Source of the DNA: Girardia tigrina
Taxonomy: Eukaryota
Assembly (NCBI GenBank): GCA_001938485.1
Contig: MQRK01228686.1
Location: 62,001 to 117,208, forward strand
Reading direction: 5' to 3'
DNA length: 55,208 nucleotides
Shown: positions 14,225-28,048 of the stretch, piece after piece
How the letters are laid out: every line of letters begins with the position of its first letter
Position numbering within the stretch: the first letter of the stretch is position 1
Notes under the pieces: generated by a model
Told to the model about the DNA's origin: nothing
Databases searched by the model: none
The model's input: the letters and a program-made list of their open reading frames with translations, nothing else
Position numbers and translations under genes: made by a program

Positions 14225-14445
14225 AAGTCTTATAGAGAATGCTTAGGCAATTATAAAAAAAAGAATTACTAAAAAATGTCCTAAAAATAAAATTGAATTG
14301 AAGAATAAAATTTTAAAAATATGGATTAGTTTTGTCATTGACTAATGTCAGGATTTAATCAATTCAATGAATAGAAGAATGAAAGATGCCATAAAAGCAA
14401 AGAACGATGCTACAAGATTTTAAATAGTTGCTGTCCGAATTCTAT
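14225..14445 (+). mobile_element. Tc1 transposase C-terminal remnant plus right TIR
   Basis: W...CQDLINSMNRRMKDAIKAKNDATRF* matches the Tc1 C-terminus LIxSMPxRxxAVIxAKGGxTKY; TGTCCGAATTCT is an inverted match to AGAATTCGGATA at about 12677. Confidence 0.7.
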
Positions 14446-15138
14446 ACTTTTTAATATAAAAGTATATACTTATTACTTATAATTATTATTAAAAGTATAT
14501 ATTATAAAAGATGATTATATTCTTTCTGATAAATATGATCAAAAAGACAATGATCTGCTGTATAAGTCGCGCCACCAGGTATTTAAGGGAATCAAAATAT
14601 TCACTGAACTTTTTATTAATCATTCAATCTCTAAAAGGATTTACTACTTAAAATTTTCATTTACTATAAGACTTCCAATTTCCAAGTCTTGGTACATTTA
14701 AAATATTAAAAAACTTACCTATATACTCCAAATCTCATCCTAACTAAAAAGGATGAAATTGGTAAATGGAATACAACAGAGGATAACTAGTCCCATCTCC
14801 CATTCTCTAATGATTTAAACATGAAAGAATAATTTTCCTAGAAAATTAAAAGGAATTTACAGTATTTACAAATTGCTTTTCAAAAAACATAAAAAGAAAA
14901 GCAGAAGAAGACTCTTTAAAACAAAGCATGAATGAGCGAAAGACATGTTTAAATTTTATATGGCTAAAGTTATGTTACAAAAAGGACATATTCCCAATAA
15001 AAAAATTGCTTATGTCCGTACGTACGTAAGATCATCAATAGTAATTATATACTTCATAAGTATAATGTAAACATAATCTTACAAGGACGTGGATTCTTCA
15101 TTTATGTGTGCCATTATGATTTTTTTATACACAATATA

Positions 15139-15549
15139 TAAGCCTCCCCGACTGGACGGATAACTGAGTATCGTAGAGACTACAGTACCAGCATTGGCCT
15201 ACAGGGTTGTGAGTCATAGACTCTGTATCGGTTAGAAACCATAAATTGACAATACAGAGCCTACTGACTTTCTCGCACGGCTTTAGATGCAAGAATGCGA
15301 GCTGTCAGTGCACAGGCACGCTTCGGTTTCCCAGTCATAAAGGACCACTCATGATCCATCGTACCATTTATCTGTAGAGTTTTGGCTGTGTGAATACATT
15401 TCATTCAAATTAGTTGTATTACTTAACCAAAAGTCAAGAACCACCCTTGGAATCACTCCTGAGTCCGTCACCGGGGTACCGTCGATGAGCACTGATATAT
15501 CATGCATCGCGATCGGTTCCGAAGATTCTGTATATCCTCCATCTACTTC
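15139..15549 (+). mobile_element. candidate tRNA-derived SINE with 11-bp TSD
   Basis: GC-rich 411-bp island flanked by the direct repeat TACACAATATA (15128-15138, 15550-15560); degenerate box A (TAACTGAGT) and box B-like (GGTTGTGAGTCATAGACTC) in the 5' part. Confidence 0.55.
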
Positions 15550-15887
15550 TACACAATATAAGATTATTATTGAATAAAATATTAATAAGATAAAAAATAA
15601 TTATTAATGTAATTTATTAAAAACTGATAATAAATGTGATAAATACAGGAATATTTTAAATAAATATATTTTTGTAAAATTTAAGATAAATAAAGAAATA
15701 CGTTGGTATTTTACCAATTAAATAATTAAGTATACAATAAATTAAGTAACTTAGGAGATTTTATTGCAAATTTACATAAAGACAATAAATGACAAAAAAT
15801 AAGAAAAAATAAAATTCTTTTGAATAATTTTACGATCGAAACTCTTTGAAATTAAAATTATTTCATTGCATTATTAAAAAAATATTT

Positions 15888-16222
15888 NNNNNNNNNNNNN
15901 NNNNNNNNNNNNNNNNNNNNNNNNNNNNNNNNNNNNNNNNNNNNNNNNNNNNNNNNNNNNNNNNNNNNNNNNNNNNNNNNNNNNNNNNNNNNNNNNNNNN
16001 NNNNNNNNNNNNNNNNNNNNNNNNNNNNNNNNNNNNNNNNNNNNNNNNNNNNNNNNNNNNNNNNNNNNNNNNNNNNNNNNNNNNNNNNNNNNNNNNNNNN
16101 NNNNNNNNNNNNNNNNNNNNNNNNNNNNNNNNNNNNNNNNNNNNNNNNNNNNNNNNNNNNNNNNNNNNNNNNNNNNNNNNNNNNNNNNNNNNNNNNNNNN
16201 NNNNNNNNNNNNNNNNNNNNNN
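15888..16222. other. assembly gap
   Basis: run of N. Confidence 1.
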
Positions 16223-16649
16223 ATAATTGTAATTAAGTTTTGAGAAAAATAAAAAAATTAAAAAAATATTATTAAAAATATCTTATATTAAAATTATTAT
16301 TAGCGTTATTTCAGACCACTTTCACTTTAAGGGGTTCCTCGTAATCAGGTATTGTGGCCCTTATAAGGTTCTAGTGAACGAAATTTGGATGGTTTTCCTT
16401 GTGACCACAACCCTAAAACATTTTTTATGATTCTCTTCTCTCTCAATTATTGGGAACTAATTTCCATTCGATTATTATTAATCATATATAAAAGTATTTC
16501 TTAATATTAAATTAATATTATTTTAAAATATGAAAACAAAAATTTATAAATATTCTAAAATTTTCGAAAAATAAAGTTATCTTTAAAAATAATTTTAGTT
16601 TTTTTATTTTTAATTGTGGTATATCATATATGATTTTAATGTGATTTTA

Positions 16650-16657
16650 TTATTATA

Positions 16658-16704
<47 letters not shown>

Positions 16705-16735
16705 GACTATTACTAAGCTTGTTATTATTATTATA
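16650..16735 (+). repeat. (ATT)n microsatellite
   Basis: visible ATT trinucleotide run with a degenerate tail. Confidence 0.95.
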
Positions 16736-18819
16736 AAGCTCTAAGCAGCTGTTTTAAACAATTATAACTTCGAAAAATAATTGTCCACACCTCAAAAGAA
16801 TTTATTAATAAAAATGGATAATAGTTAACGAGAGTCATTCTGGTTAATGATGATTTCCCATTGTTCACATTCCGTACAAAAGTTTTCCTAACAGAATGAA
16901 ATAAAAAACAAAGAAGTTGTTTTTTTTTGGTTTTGCAAATTAATATTAAAACATTTCTATCAAATGAGACGAAATGTTTCTTTGTTTTTCAGTAAATTAG
17001 AATTGTTTATATATTATTATATTATATGCTATATAATATAATATAATATAATATTATTGTTTGCGATCCTACCATAATTGTTTTATGTAACAAAACTTGT
17101 TGTTTTTTAAATTTTATTCGAAGAATGATTATTATAAAACCTCAACATCGTAAATATTGAAAATTATTCTTTAACTTGGAGAAGTAAATAGAATAACATC
17201 AACATAAAGGAGGATTAACGACCAAATCACAAAAGGAAGAAGATTTGATATTCTTGTATAAATTTAAACAAAACAGATTTAGAGAAATTGTATTAATTAA
17301 ATATTTACTTTATCTAAACAGTCTACACCCACAGAGCGACAATAAGAAATTGAGTAAAAACATGATTTATAAAATATTCTCTCATAATATAATATAATGT
17401 AAATGTATCAAAAGGTAAATATAACCGCGTGTTCTTTAAAATATTTTTTTGAAAATTTAGGTCAGTCTGTCTGTCCATAGGGGTAAGGAAATATTTTTCT
17501 TGAATAAGAACCAAAAGAATTAATGAAAATTTTTAATTCGTTATCTTTAATAAGGTTAAATAAACATTCCTTGAGACTTAAAACGACAGCTCATCAGACC
17601 TACAGATGATAATCAGAAAGATTATTAAGGGCTTTTAGTGAAAAAGAATCCTAGAGTACAGATTTTAATCTTAAAATATGGCTCTTTGAAAACTAAGCCG
17701 AAATCGGTGCTAAAGGAAAACAACATTAACGGTAAATTTTATTAGAAAAGCCGCAAGAATATGTAGTGGGAGTATAAAAATAATGGATTTCGTTTCTCGA
17801 ATGAAGGAGTGTACCAATCCGCTATTTTTATATATTACAGGTACTGAGTAACTAACCAGGTTAATCCAACTATGTCTTTGCTGGATGAACCTGTTTAGAG
17901 CAAAAAAAGATAAATTCAACTAACAAATATAATAATCTTGGTTATAACAGTTAACTTCTTTAATCACAGAATATTTACTCACAATTAATAAACGATAGTT
18001 TAGAAGTTTGATCAAATATAGTTGATATTCAATGAAATGTTCTTCGGATGTTATCATCTCGTTGGCAATAAATAAAACGTTAAGTTTGCTCGTTGATCTA
18101 TTGTATTTGATGGTAAAAAAAATCTTCGTATTTAGTCAGCCCGAAAAATTATCGTGAAAAGTATTAGTTAATAACTACTGTTGGGGTTAAATTTGGGTTC
18201 CTGTTGGTGAACTTTAAGTTTTTGATACATTTAAATTTTTGATATTTTCAAATTAAAAATCATATTTATATTTTAGATAAATTAAAAATAATGTTCGACT
18301 AAGTAAAACGAAATAATCTTTTAAATAAAAAATTTAAGTTTATAGATAATATTTTTTTACTAATTAAAATAAATAAGATTTTATAAAATATATATTTTAT
18401 AGGTAACATTTCTACCAATTAAATTGAAATATTTTTTGTAAAAATTATAGTTCACAGATAGTATATTACTAATTAAAATGAAATAAGTTTTGTGAAAAAT
18501 TTTAGAGTAATGATAATATTTTAATTAAATTGGGACAATTTTTATAAAAATTAAGTTTTAAAAATTCACAAATAAAATATCATCTTCGAAGTTAAAGAAT
18601 ATTGTAAAGAAGATTTTGATATATTTTGTAACACTATTTAAAATAAAATTAGAATGTTTATTGTACCAGGAAAGTTTTATTAAAAAAATAATTTATAATG
18701 AAATGATTTAAAATTAAAGAAAATTATAAAAAAATAAAAGTTTTAGCAAATAATTTTGAATTTTTTTGCGTTTTCCAAATTGGTTCATAAAATTATTTAA
18801 AATTATTAATCTTGTAAGA

Positions 18820-19180
18820 ATGTCTAGGAATGAAAGCTTAACTATGGATTGTCCCAAGGATGAACCAACTTGTGTGTCTAATAAAATTTATAATCAATGT
18901 GTGAGTTCACAAAACATGTTCGTCTCTTTTTTCAATATGAAACCCATTTTGGTAGTGAAAGACTTACCAAAAGCATTTTTGAAGAAAATTAGGCTTTATT
19001 CTATCAAGGATTGTTTCCCGCCCTGTTTCAAATCTGCAGCATTTTGCTAGATTTTCCTTGGAAATTGGGATGGTGATTTAAGATAACAATTCTGAACTAC
19101 TGATTTTGTTCCTGCACTATTGTTGATTGGGGCGTATGTCCACGAGGTTATTGTATATGGAAAAATTAATTCCTAGACAT
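18820..19180 (+). mobile_element. possible Merlin/IS1595-like transposase N-terminal remnant
   Basis: MDCP, YSIKD and TIVDW..(frameshift)YVHEV resemble the Merlin TxVDWxxFCREV motif; heavily degraded. Confidence 0.3.
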
Positions 19181-19739
19181 TTTCAGCGAAATCCGTTCAT
19201 ATTATGCCACTTTAATCCCAAAAATGTTTTAACATCAACAATTTTCGATGATATGTTCTAGATTTCATCTTTATGGAATTCATTTCTCTATAGGTTTTCT
19301 ATGCATTGACTCACAGTTTGTTCTCAGTATCATACAGAGAAAATGGGTTTTATCAGCATTATGATATTTTGGACGAATTGGCCAACATTTTCATCAATTT
19401 TTTTAGCAGCATTCGAAATTCAACCGGACGTAATATAACTACAACTTACTTCAGCATAAAAAAATGATGTTTAAAAAAAATGTTTCTTAGCCACATTTAA
19501 AACAGCTTTGAGCGACAGCTTGTTGAGGCCATTTGAATAAAACTTTGTACTTGAGAATCTATAAATTCCAGGAAGGTCATGAATTATGAATCTTGAATTT
19601 TATGAATTTTAATTTAATTTTGAATTTTTATTTTATTAATTGTTAATGCAGTTTTTGATTTTTAGTAATTTGTTAATTTAGTTCTTAAATTTTAAATAAT
19701 TTTTTAAATGTTGCGAAGTTGGCGTATAGAACAGAAATG

Positions 19740-21180
19740 AATTCTCCATTGGAGGAATTTCAACCTCCCTCATCGTCATTACATTACAGAGACCCAAACT
19801 GCTATCTAGAAATGATAATCATCGTTGCTGGAGAAGTTCAGAAGGAACTCCCTCGTGAGCTAGAGCATTTTGTTGCTTACATAGCGCAAGTTGATAGCTG
19901 CATCAATCTACAAATGGTGGATTATATGTAAGTCTCTACGAGAATAGTAACGAAAGAGCGTGAAGTAAAAAAAGTATTCAAAGCTTTCAACGAACCTCAA
20001 CATATTGGAGCCCTTGGACTGCAGTAAGCCACTTAGCATGCCCTTAAGACCAGGGTCGCACTAACTTCCAAGCTGATTAGTGTTACAAGAAATGACAAAA
20101 GCGCTAATACAGAGGCAACAAGGGAGTTTGGAAGCTTACGAAGACGTTTTGGTGTGCTGTTCACAAAAGTAACTCAGTTTTTAAAAGCTTTGAAGTAGGC
20201 GTTTCGGAGCTGTATATCTAGGTTAAAAGTGTCAAGCCTCTAGCTAACTTCTTCAGGACGTCTAAAAAGACAACGGAACTCCTGCATCAATTTCAACCAA
20301 CGGTGAATTATTTCCCTGTTCATTATGAAGTTCGATTTGCTGAGCACAAATCATTATAAACCTTTTAACGGTCATTCTTCATACTTTTTAAGACAACAAG
20401 GAAGTTTTTAAGTTTTTAGAAGGGAAAGGCGAATTGAAAAAAAGTGAGAGCAACAGCACGGGGATATTTGAATCTCATCAAGTTTGGGTTAACGGTCTCA
20501 TAGTTGATATTTTGAAAATATTTCGTGATTTGCAAAAGCAGTTACTTCGACCTGATTCTACCAAAGATAATAAGCACTAGAGATTCGGCACTATAGTCCC
20601 AGGAAACAGAGACTCATTTTAGGAGCTGTAAACATGAATATGTCAATTACAAGAAATCGGGATGCGGTGCACCTTGAAATTGTATAATCAGCACAGAATT
20701 ATCTTGGAGAGCGGTTTGATGTGGAAAAAGAAGTAATCCAAGACATATTAACTCTTTTGCAAACAGCAGAACTCAAAACATTTATTAATGCAGGAGTCAA
20801 AATAAGATGATATTTGTTTTCAGAAGAAATCCAGGGATTTGCCAATGACTGTGCTGAGCAATGGCCAATAAATGCTTTACCTCCATTAAAGTTGAAATAC
20901 TTAATACAGCGCTACAGCGGCGTACTTTTGAAAGTAATATTGTCTTCAATAACACTCACTCCTCACTGCATGCTTCTTGATAGGCTTGATACTTTATACA
21001 ACTTGAACGTTTCAGCCTATCGCACGAGCACCTCAGCTGAGACAGGTAACTCTTGCATGATAATCCCAACGAATTGAAAGGGACCTGCAAGTTTGATCCT
21101 CTCAGTGCTGTGCTAGAAATCTTGTGGGTGAAAGAAAGGCGAGAAAGAAACCAAACCTTGATATTTATTCAGAAAGTGAT
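19740..21180 (+). mobile_element. degenerate hAT-type (KIAA1586/ZNF862-like) transposase
   Basis: Coding-like block with many stops; FPVHYEVRFAEH motif at about 20322-20347; C-terminal KFDPLSAV..KERR. Confidence 0.5.
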
Positions 21181-21469
21181 TTTGTTACCAATTCTTTTTT
21201 TAAAAGTAACATGTGTTGAAGTGTTATGTAATATAACTCGTGTTCGACTGTTTGTAAAATGTTATGGGTCGGGTGACTTGGGTATTTTCTTCATTTAAAT
21301 CTGAGAAAACTTGATAAACAAAACTTTTGGGAATAGAAAAATCCATTATAAAAAAACAAGAAAAAATAACTATTTTCGTCTGAGATTAAAAGTTACCGAA
21401 TTGCGGTACATGACCATTTCATATTGTTTGTGCCCCCTCCCCAATGAAAATTTCTTAAAAAAGGCCTTG

Positions 21470-21966
21470 ATTTGAGCCAAGTGATTCAATCGTGTTTGCT
21501 TTGTGACAGCAAACGTTAGTGATAAATCATGAACACTTTGTGAAGGATCCGACTCCACAATTACCTTTAGTTGGTCATTGTCTGTTTACATTCCAGGGAT
21601 CCATTATTGAGGTTAAAATAGTACATATCACGAATTTCCTGAATCGATTTGAGACTGTCTGTTATTTAACAGTATTTTGTTCAAATACACTACTGATGTT
21701 TCACATGGTTTCTAAAGCTGAAGTTCCACGTAAGAACTCGTACTTCATAATAATTCGAATTTCTGCCTTTTCGATTTTTTAAAATACTGATTATTAAAAC
21801 AAGTTATGAATAATTTTAATTAATGTTTATTGCTGTGTTCAGAAGCGAATATTTGTAACAATCAAACAAAAAACAACTGAGCGGCCAAATGTTAAGTCAT
21901 TGTCAAATGATAACTATTTGAATTAATTGTAACTATGTCTACAATTTTTTTACTTGACAACCGAAT
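21470..21966 (-). mobile_element. mariner 5' fragment (HTH region plus left TIR)
   Basis: Minus strand EIRIIMKYEFLRGTSALET...DNDQLKVIVESDPSQSVHDLS...LNHLAQI; terminus TATTCGGTTGTCAAG. Confidence 0.8.
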
Positions 21967-22814
21967 ATTATATATTTCCGTTAAAACACAAAACCACGAA
22001 ATTATTCCCTAATCTTGAAGGCCAAAAGCGACTCGGTGTTCTGTTGTCGCTCACGTTTTCCGTGTTGACAAATCGATAAAACTTGGTTTAAACAAAGAAA
22101 TTCTTTAAAATTAATTATACCAATTGCACGGATTGTAAAAGATGACTTTTTAAAATTGAATTTCGAGCGGTAAAATGATTTTCAACATAAAAACAAAACG
22201 CACTGCAGCAGAGTTAATCAGTGCGAGTGAATCGGTTTTATCGATTTTAACAAACAATTTGACGGATTTAAACAAATCTCTCATACATAAATTTCGTGAA
22301 ATATTAAAGTTTGTTTTATTAGAATTATTGCAAGATTTATCTATTGATAAAAAAGACAAATATAGATTAAAACAAAATTAAAATTATTTAAAGAAAAATA
22401 ATATAAATAAATAATAATATTAATAAATAAATAAGAAAAAAGTTAGTTGTAAAAAAATGTTTAAACGCGAAAACTTCTGAGACTTAAGAAAAAAAAGAGG
22501 AATAAAAATTTTTTTGGAACTTTTTCCTTTTAACCATCGGCAATGTCGTCTCCCAACTCCAAACAGTTGGATATCTTTTCTTTGCCTCCGGCTTAATTAG
22601 GTCCACCATTTACGGAAGACTAATTAATTAAGAATTAATTAAAATCACCGTTTTCATTAAAACAATTATTTAAAATTCACCTAATTTCGGTCAACACAGA
22701 GTGATTTTTGAAAAATAATACATTTTTAAAACAAATTTGTTTCAATATATAAATAAAAATTGTAATAAAATAATATTATTTTTTAAAAAATTTTATTGAA
22801 AAAAATCAATTTAA

Positions 22815-23048
22815 CTCTTCGTAACATGATGTGACACTTTTGTAACAAACCGTTGTAACTCATACGGGATCTCTAACTATTAACATATCACATTTTATAT
22901 AAAATTGTATATAAAATTTTATATTGTTGTATAGATCGGTGTGTAACAGATATGCAACAGTGATTTAAAATGTGATATGTTAATAGCTCGAGATCATGTA
23001 AGAGTTACAACGGTTTGTTACAGAAGTGTCGCACCATGTTACGAAGGG
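22815..23048. mobile_element. piggyBac-type fold-back MITE
   Basis: About 80-bp imperfect TIRs (CTCTTCGTAACATGATGTGACAC... / ...GTGTCGCACCATGTTACGAAGGG), TTAA on both sides. Confidence 0.88.
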
Positions 23049-23597
23049 TTAAAATATATGAGAAAGAAAAGATTTTTAAATGATTTTTCCGATCCAGCTA
23101 GATGAATTGCTTTTCGGAATTTGTAATCGTCGTTTTATAATTACTGATTAACCTAGAATTAGTATGGACAAGAGGAAGTCGACTGACTAATTAAAACAAA
23201 AAATTGCGGAAGGGAGTTTTCAGTCAAATTGATTTGTTCCAGAACGAAATTTTAATAAACCTTTGGTAAGAAGTACTAAAGATTGAGAATTCAAGCATCA
23301 TTGGAAAATATCAATCACATCAAAACAATAGGACTATATTCGAAGTTACTATATTAAATGGTTATTCAAGTATTCATTTTAAAATCCCCATGGATTAAAA
23401 ATCGTGTTAATTGAATTTCATCATTTGTATCTGATAAATAAATCAAAATAAAATAAATCAATCAAGACATTGAATTTCAATATCCCATTTGCCATATTAC
23501 TTATTATGCCCAACCTTTATTTTTAGTTTTTCCTGAATAGCTATGCAAAGCCAACAACGAAAGACTGTCACTCAAGAAATCAACAATTTAACCATTT

Positions 23598-25080
23598 CTA
23601 TGGTAACAAATGTCGAGTATAAAATAAAGAAATTGCAGTCTCTGGAGATTGACGGTAAAACCTTGAGCAAACTAATCAGGAAGATTGAAAAAAGGTTAAT
23701 GCTTTGCTAGTGCACTTTTGCCAGTGCTAGCGAGAAACGATCTAAAACATTCTGTCGGAGAAATAAAGTGCTTAGAATCAACTCAAGTAGCAATACGGTA
23801 ATTCAAAAATAAATCCGAGATGAATTTGAACAAGAAAGTAATATGAGAATTTCACAGCCAACCATTTCAAGAAAAATTTTAAAAATAAAATTCACTTGGA
23901 AAAGGCTTTCTTTGAATCCTTAAGAGCGTAATACACCAGTAGGATTGGATCAGAGAGCTTTGTTTGCTAACGAAATATCTCGTGTTCCAAATAGAAATCT
24001 GATATTCCTTTATGAAACTAATTTCAATCAACATACGAGAAGTTACGAGTATTCACTCGAAAGTCTATATTACCGTTCCTGGGAATAAAAATATTATCAA
24101 AAGCTTACTATATGCAATAGGTTAACCTGGCATGATCGGATATAATTACAGATCTGGATCTTTCAATTCAGATTACTTTATTGACTTTATTTTTAACGTC
24201 CTTGTGCCATTTTTTGAGCAAAATCCCAACTAGATACTTGTTAGGTTCATGATAATTCGCAGTTGAAGAGTCAGAATTGGAAAATTTTATGAACTTTAAT
24301 TTAATACAACAAAATAACATATTTTTAAACAAGTTTTTTTGAATAAATTTCCGAGGAACACTTCATTTTTTTTCTGGCACAAATCATAATGAATTTTAAA
24401 TCAAGATAAATAATTTAATATTTTATTTAATTTGAATTTTACAAATATTTTACTTCAAGCATTATTAATGTGGTTATTTTAAATTATTTATTTCAAATTA
24501 AAAACCTATTTTTAGTACAAGCATTATTAAAGTCTTACATTTTAAAATTTGTAATCAAACAATTTAATTACATATATTTCATTTCAAACTTATTAAGTTT
24601 ATTTTGATTTCCAAAAGTCTTTGTTATCATATTTAATTTACCATTTTTTCATTTAAATTATTTTATAATAAATCTCAATTTTTTTAAATTTAAAAATGTT
24701 TATTATTTTATTCTAATCGTAAAATTCTTATATTTACATTAATGATATATTTTTTTATGTTTTTGAAATTTCTTTTTTTAGATTTAATTCCAAAATCTAT
24801 AAGAGTTTCCAAAAATCCTCACAATACTTATGATGGATCACGCTAAGATCCATAAATCTGTTCGGGTTATAAGATTGTTACTATCAAAAAACTTTGCCCA
24901 TAAATTCCTTGTTCCTTATTCTTCACAAATTAATCCAATTGAGAATTTTTTTCTCAATGTTAAACACTCGTTTTAAATCTGCGAGAATACAAATGCCAGA
25001 ATCCTCAACCGAGGAATGTTTAGATGCGGTATTGGCCGAAAATAGTCATTTTGAGAGCAATGCAAAGGGTTCTTCGAGAA
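23598..25080 (+). mobile_element. degenerate IS630/Tc1-like transposase interrupted by a MITE
   Basis: ISQPTISRKI..KFTWKRLS, LIFLYETNFN (equivalent to FxDExGFN), GSFNSDYFIDFI, FLVPYSSQINPIENFFSMLN (equivalent to LPPYSPxLNPIE). Confidence 0.8.
24270..24820 (+). mobile_element. truncated MITE related to 29856-30547
   Basis: Shared blocks AATTTCyGAGGAACACTT and AGATTT(T)AATTC..AAAA..TA.AAGAGTTTCC in the same order as the 30-kb copy. Confidence 0.6.
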
Positions 25081-27085
25081 AGCCAAGCTTTTCTTTTTAA
25101 TGGTTAATAAATCCTAGATGATAGTATTTAATCAATGGAGATATAAAAATGAATAACCCTATACACAATAAAAACTTCAATGAAAAATATAATTATCATC
25201 ATTTGAAGTGGTCACATATTCTTCAAGTTATAAAAATGACGACGAAACGTTTAATTTCTTTTCAAATTTACTCCAAAAGGATCAAATACACTTTTTTCTT
25301 AAATGTCGGCAAAATCATAAGAAAAACATTGAATTATTATTTGTTTTAATGAAATGAAGAGTTTTATTTATTTATATTTATATTTTCATAAAATGATGTT
25401 ATCTATTTGTCTTTTTCTCTAATCATAATCAATGTCAATTTCACAGTCAAATCCAAAAATCATCAATGATGTCACAAATCCAAATATCACATTATTCATA
25501 TCGTATTATTATTCTTATTTTTTTTCTATTACATCCTCTGACAAATAAAGTAAACAAGACAAAAACAATTTTTTTTCATACCGACAAACACCAAAACACG
25601 AAAGAACACAAATTCTCATACTCAAAATTGTCAACCGAACAAAAGACGAACAAGACACAAAAACCAAAAAAAGTAGAAACAAATAAAGTTGAAAAAAATA
25701 CGGGGAAAAAAAAGAAATCTGTGTAAAAACCAAAGAGGCTTAGGTCGGCTAAGCAATTAATTCTGGAGCCAACTTCAAAGCGGCTCTATCTCCCAAAAGA
25801 AATCGACATCCTAATTGATTCTCAAGGCCAGATTGATTTATAAATTGCCATCAATAGCAAATAATATTTCGTGTTTTTAATCATTTTTCTACTAGAAGCA
25901 AATAGATTTTTTAATGTGATATTACCTGTACAGAAAAAAAACCCTCTCAATTCTGTGTCGTGCAGTAGATCGATTTAATAACAACCCGGGCGAATAATCC
26001 TTTGTACGCTGAATCTACAATTGTTTGATGAGGCAAAAAAATCAATTTGACCGCCTTTTTCTCTTTTTCTATTCTACAGCTTCCTTCCTTTTTTCAAGAA
26101 TTCAGTCAGCACAGTAGATAATATCTAGAAAGAGATGACGATGACAATAGTCTATCTAATTAAGAATTAATGAGTCGCGATAATCTACTATAGCGAAGCA
26201 AGTGTTTTAAGAAGATTAGTCAGTGGCTCAACTTCGTAGCGGAATGAAATCTATCCCTTGAAAAACAAGAAAATTAATTTTTTTTCAAAATCGAGACCCG
26301 GTTCAACAGCGAAAACAGAGAGTTAGAGTAGCGGATTTGGGGAATTGTCAAAGGGCTGGAAAGAAAACGGGAGGAGGTAAATTGATTTTGTGATTTCGTT
26401 CGGGTTAAGATCCCGATCAGAGTTTGAGATTTATCGGCACAATTATTAAAAGAAGGATTATGCAATTTGTATTTAATTAGTTTTTTTTTATTAACCCGAG
26501 TACAGGTGTAATGGGAAAAATGATGGAAAATATAATCAGATTCTCGTAATCAACTGGGCAGTTTTTTTTTATTCAATTTGATAAAATGTGTAATGCGGAA
26601 TTATTTATTTATTTTTTTTAATAATGACTGAAAGAAAGAGAAAAAAAGAAAACGATTGAAAGAAAAAAAAACTCAGAAAAATAAATATGTTGATGAAATT
26701 TAATATAACTGCGATTTTATTTTTTTTGTAATTATTTTTTTCTGATTAATTAAAAATTAATTTATTTTTGAAATCAAAGAAATTATTTTTTTAAATTAAT
26801 ATAAATTATTAATAATAAATTATTTTGAGGGAAAAAAATAAAATCGAAAAATAAATATGAATATGATTTTCAAAAGATAAGTTTTTTATAAATTGAAATT
26901 TTAAATATTAATTTTTTTGGAATTTTATATATTTTTTTAATATTTTTTTTGTAATATTTTTAGACCTTCTTGTCATAAAAACTCTGACTTTTATTCGCAA
27001 AAAACTTTTCAAAGTAATTTTCAAGAGTTGTCAAGAGACTTGAAAATATTTCCATGGAAAAAAGACAGGTCTACTTAATGAGGAC

Positions 27086-27230
27086 TGTGAGGAATATTTT
27101 ACATTGTATGGATCGTGTATGTTGATTTAAGTATGTTGAATTTAGAATGGTGATTCTCCCACCCAGATGGAAATTGGTATTTTTATATCTATTTTTAATA
27201 ATGATTATTCGAATAATTTCCTAAATCTTT
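27086..27230 (+). repeat. copy B of Mutator-like terminal repeat
   Basis: TGTGAGGAATATTT...CTCCCACCCAGATGG; the downstream TTTTTAATAATGATTATTCGAATAA block is also found at about 37793. Confidence 0.75.
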
Positions 27231-28048
27231 TTTAAAATATTTAATTTCAAAAAAGTTATTTATAAAAAAATTAATAATTTTAACTATTTCTTTATAAAAA
27301 ACTATTTTAAGGATTAGAGTTTAGGCTATATAAAAAGTTAGAGCTTAAATAGTGAGGGTTAGATGCTTATATATAAATTTAAATTTGTAAAACTTAAAAG
27401 AAATTAAATATCCCAGTGCTGAGTTTCCCCGGACCCGAGTCTTCATATTTATTGAATATATTGTTTTGGATGAGAAACAAGAATAAATAATTCTCTGTAA
27501 TATAGTCGTGGGACTACTTAAAATTATACAATTATCATACTTTAAAAAAATTTTAAAAAATGAATTCCAATTAATAAATCTAAAAATATTTATAAATTTT
27601 CTTTATAAAAAATTTTCAACCAAAAAGAACTTGTAAATAAATTCCATTTTAAATTTAATCAAATAATTAATACAAAAAAAACAAGTAAAAAAACGTAAAT
27701 TTTACAAATTTCTGAATTTTCTCAAAATTATTTTTTTTCATACAACAAAAAATTATTCGACAATTTTTTTTCCATTTCTTTTATATTGTTTTTTCTTTAT
27801 AATTCAATGAAGGGGCGATTGGAAAACACAAAATCAGTTTTTTTTGTCAAAATAACAAATTAATGAAAATTAAAAACCCGAACTTTATAGACTAAATTTA
27901 TTTAATAACTTTTATAAACTGGAGTATGTCTTCTAATCCTTGGTCAGTCTATTCCTCTTCTTTGCGTAGGAGCTCGAATTTCGATGTTACCACATTAACT
28001 GCAGTCAAAAGCAGGACATTATTTAGAATATGAACTAAAATAAAATAA

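Noticed and set aside
15846-16226. Long ORFs in the track spanning N runs (also 34508-35548, 42256-42841)
   Set aside because: Artefacts of translating assembly gaps.
17565-17600. Minus-strand CTGATGAG
   Set aside because: No stem II/GAAA arrangement.
25466-25733. Overlapping Lys-rich and Phe-rich ORFs
   Set aside because: Low-complexity A-rich sequence, no domain.
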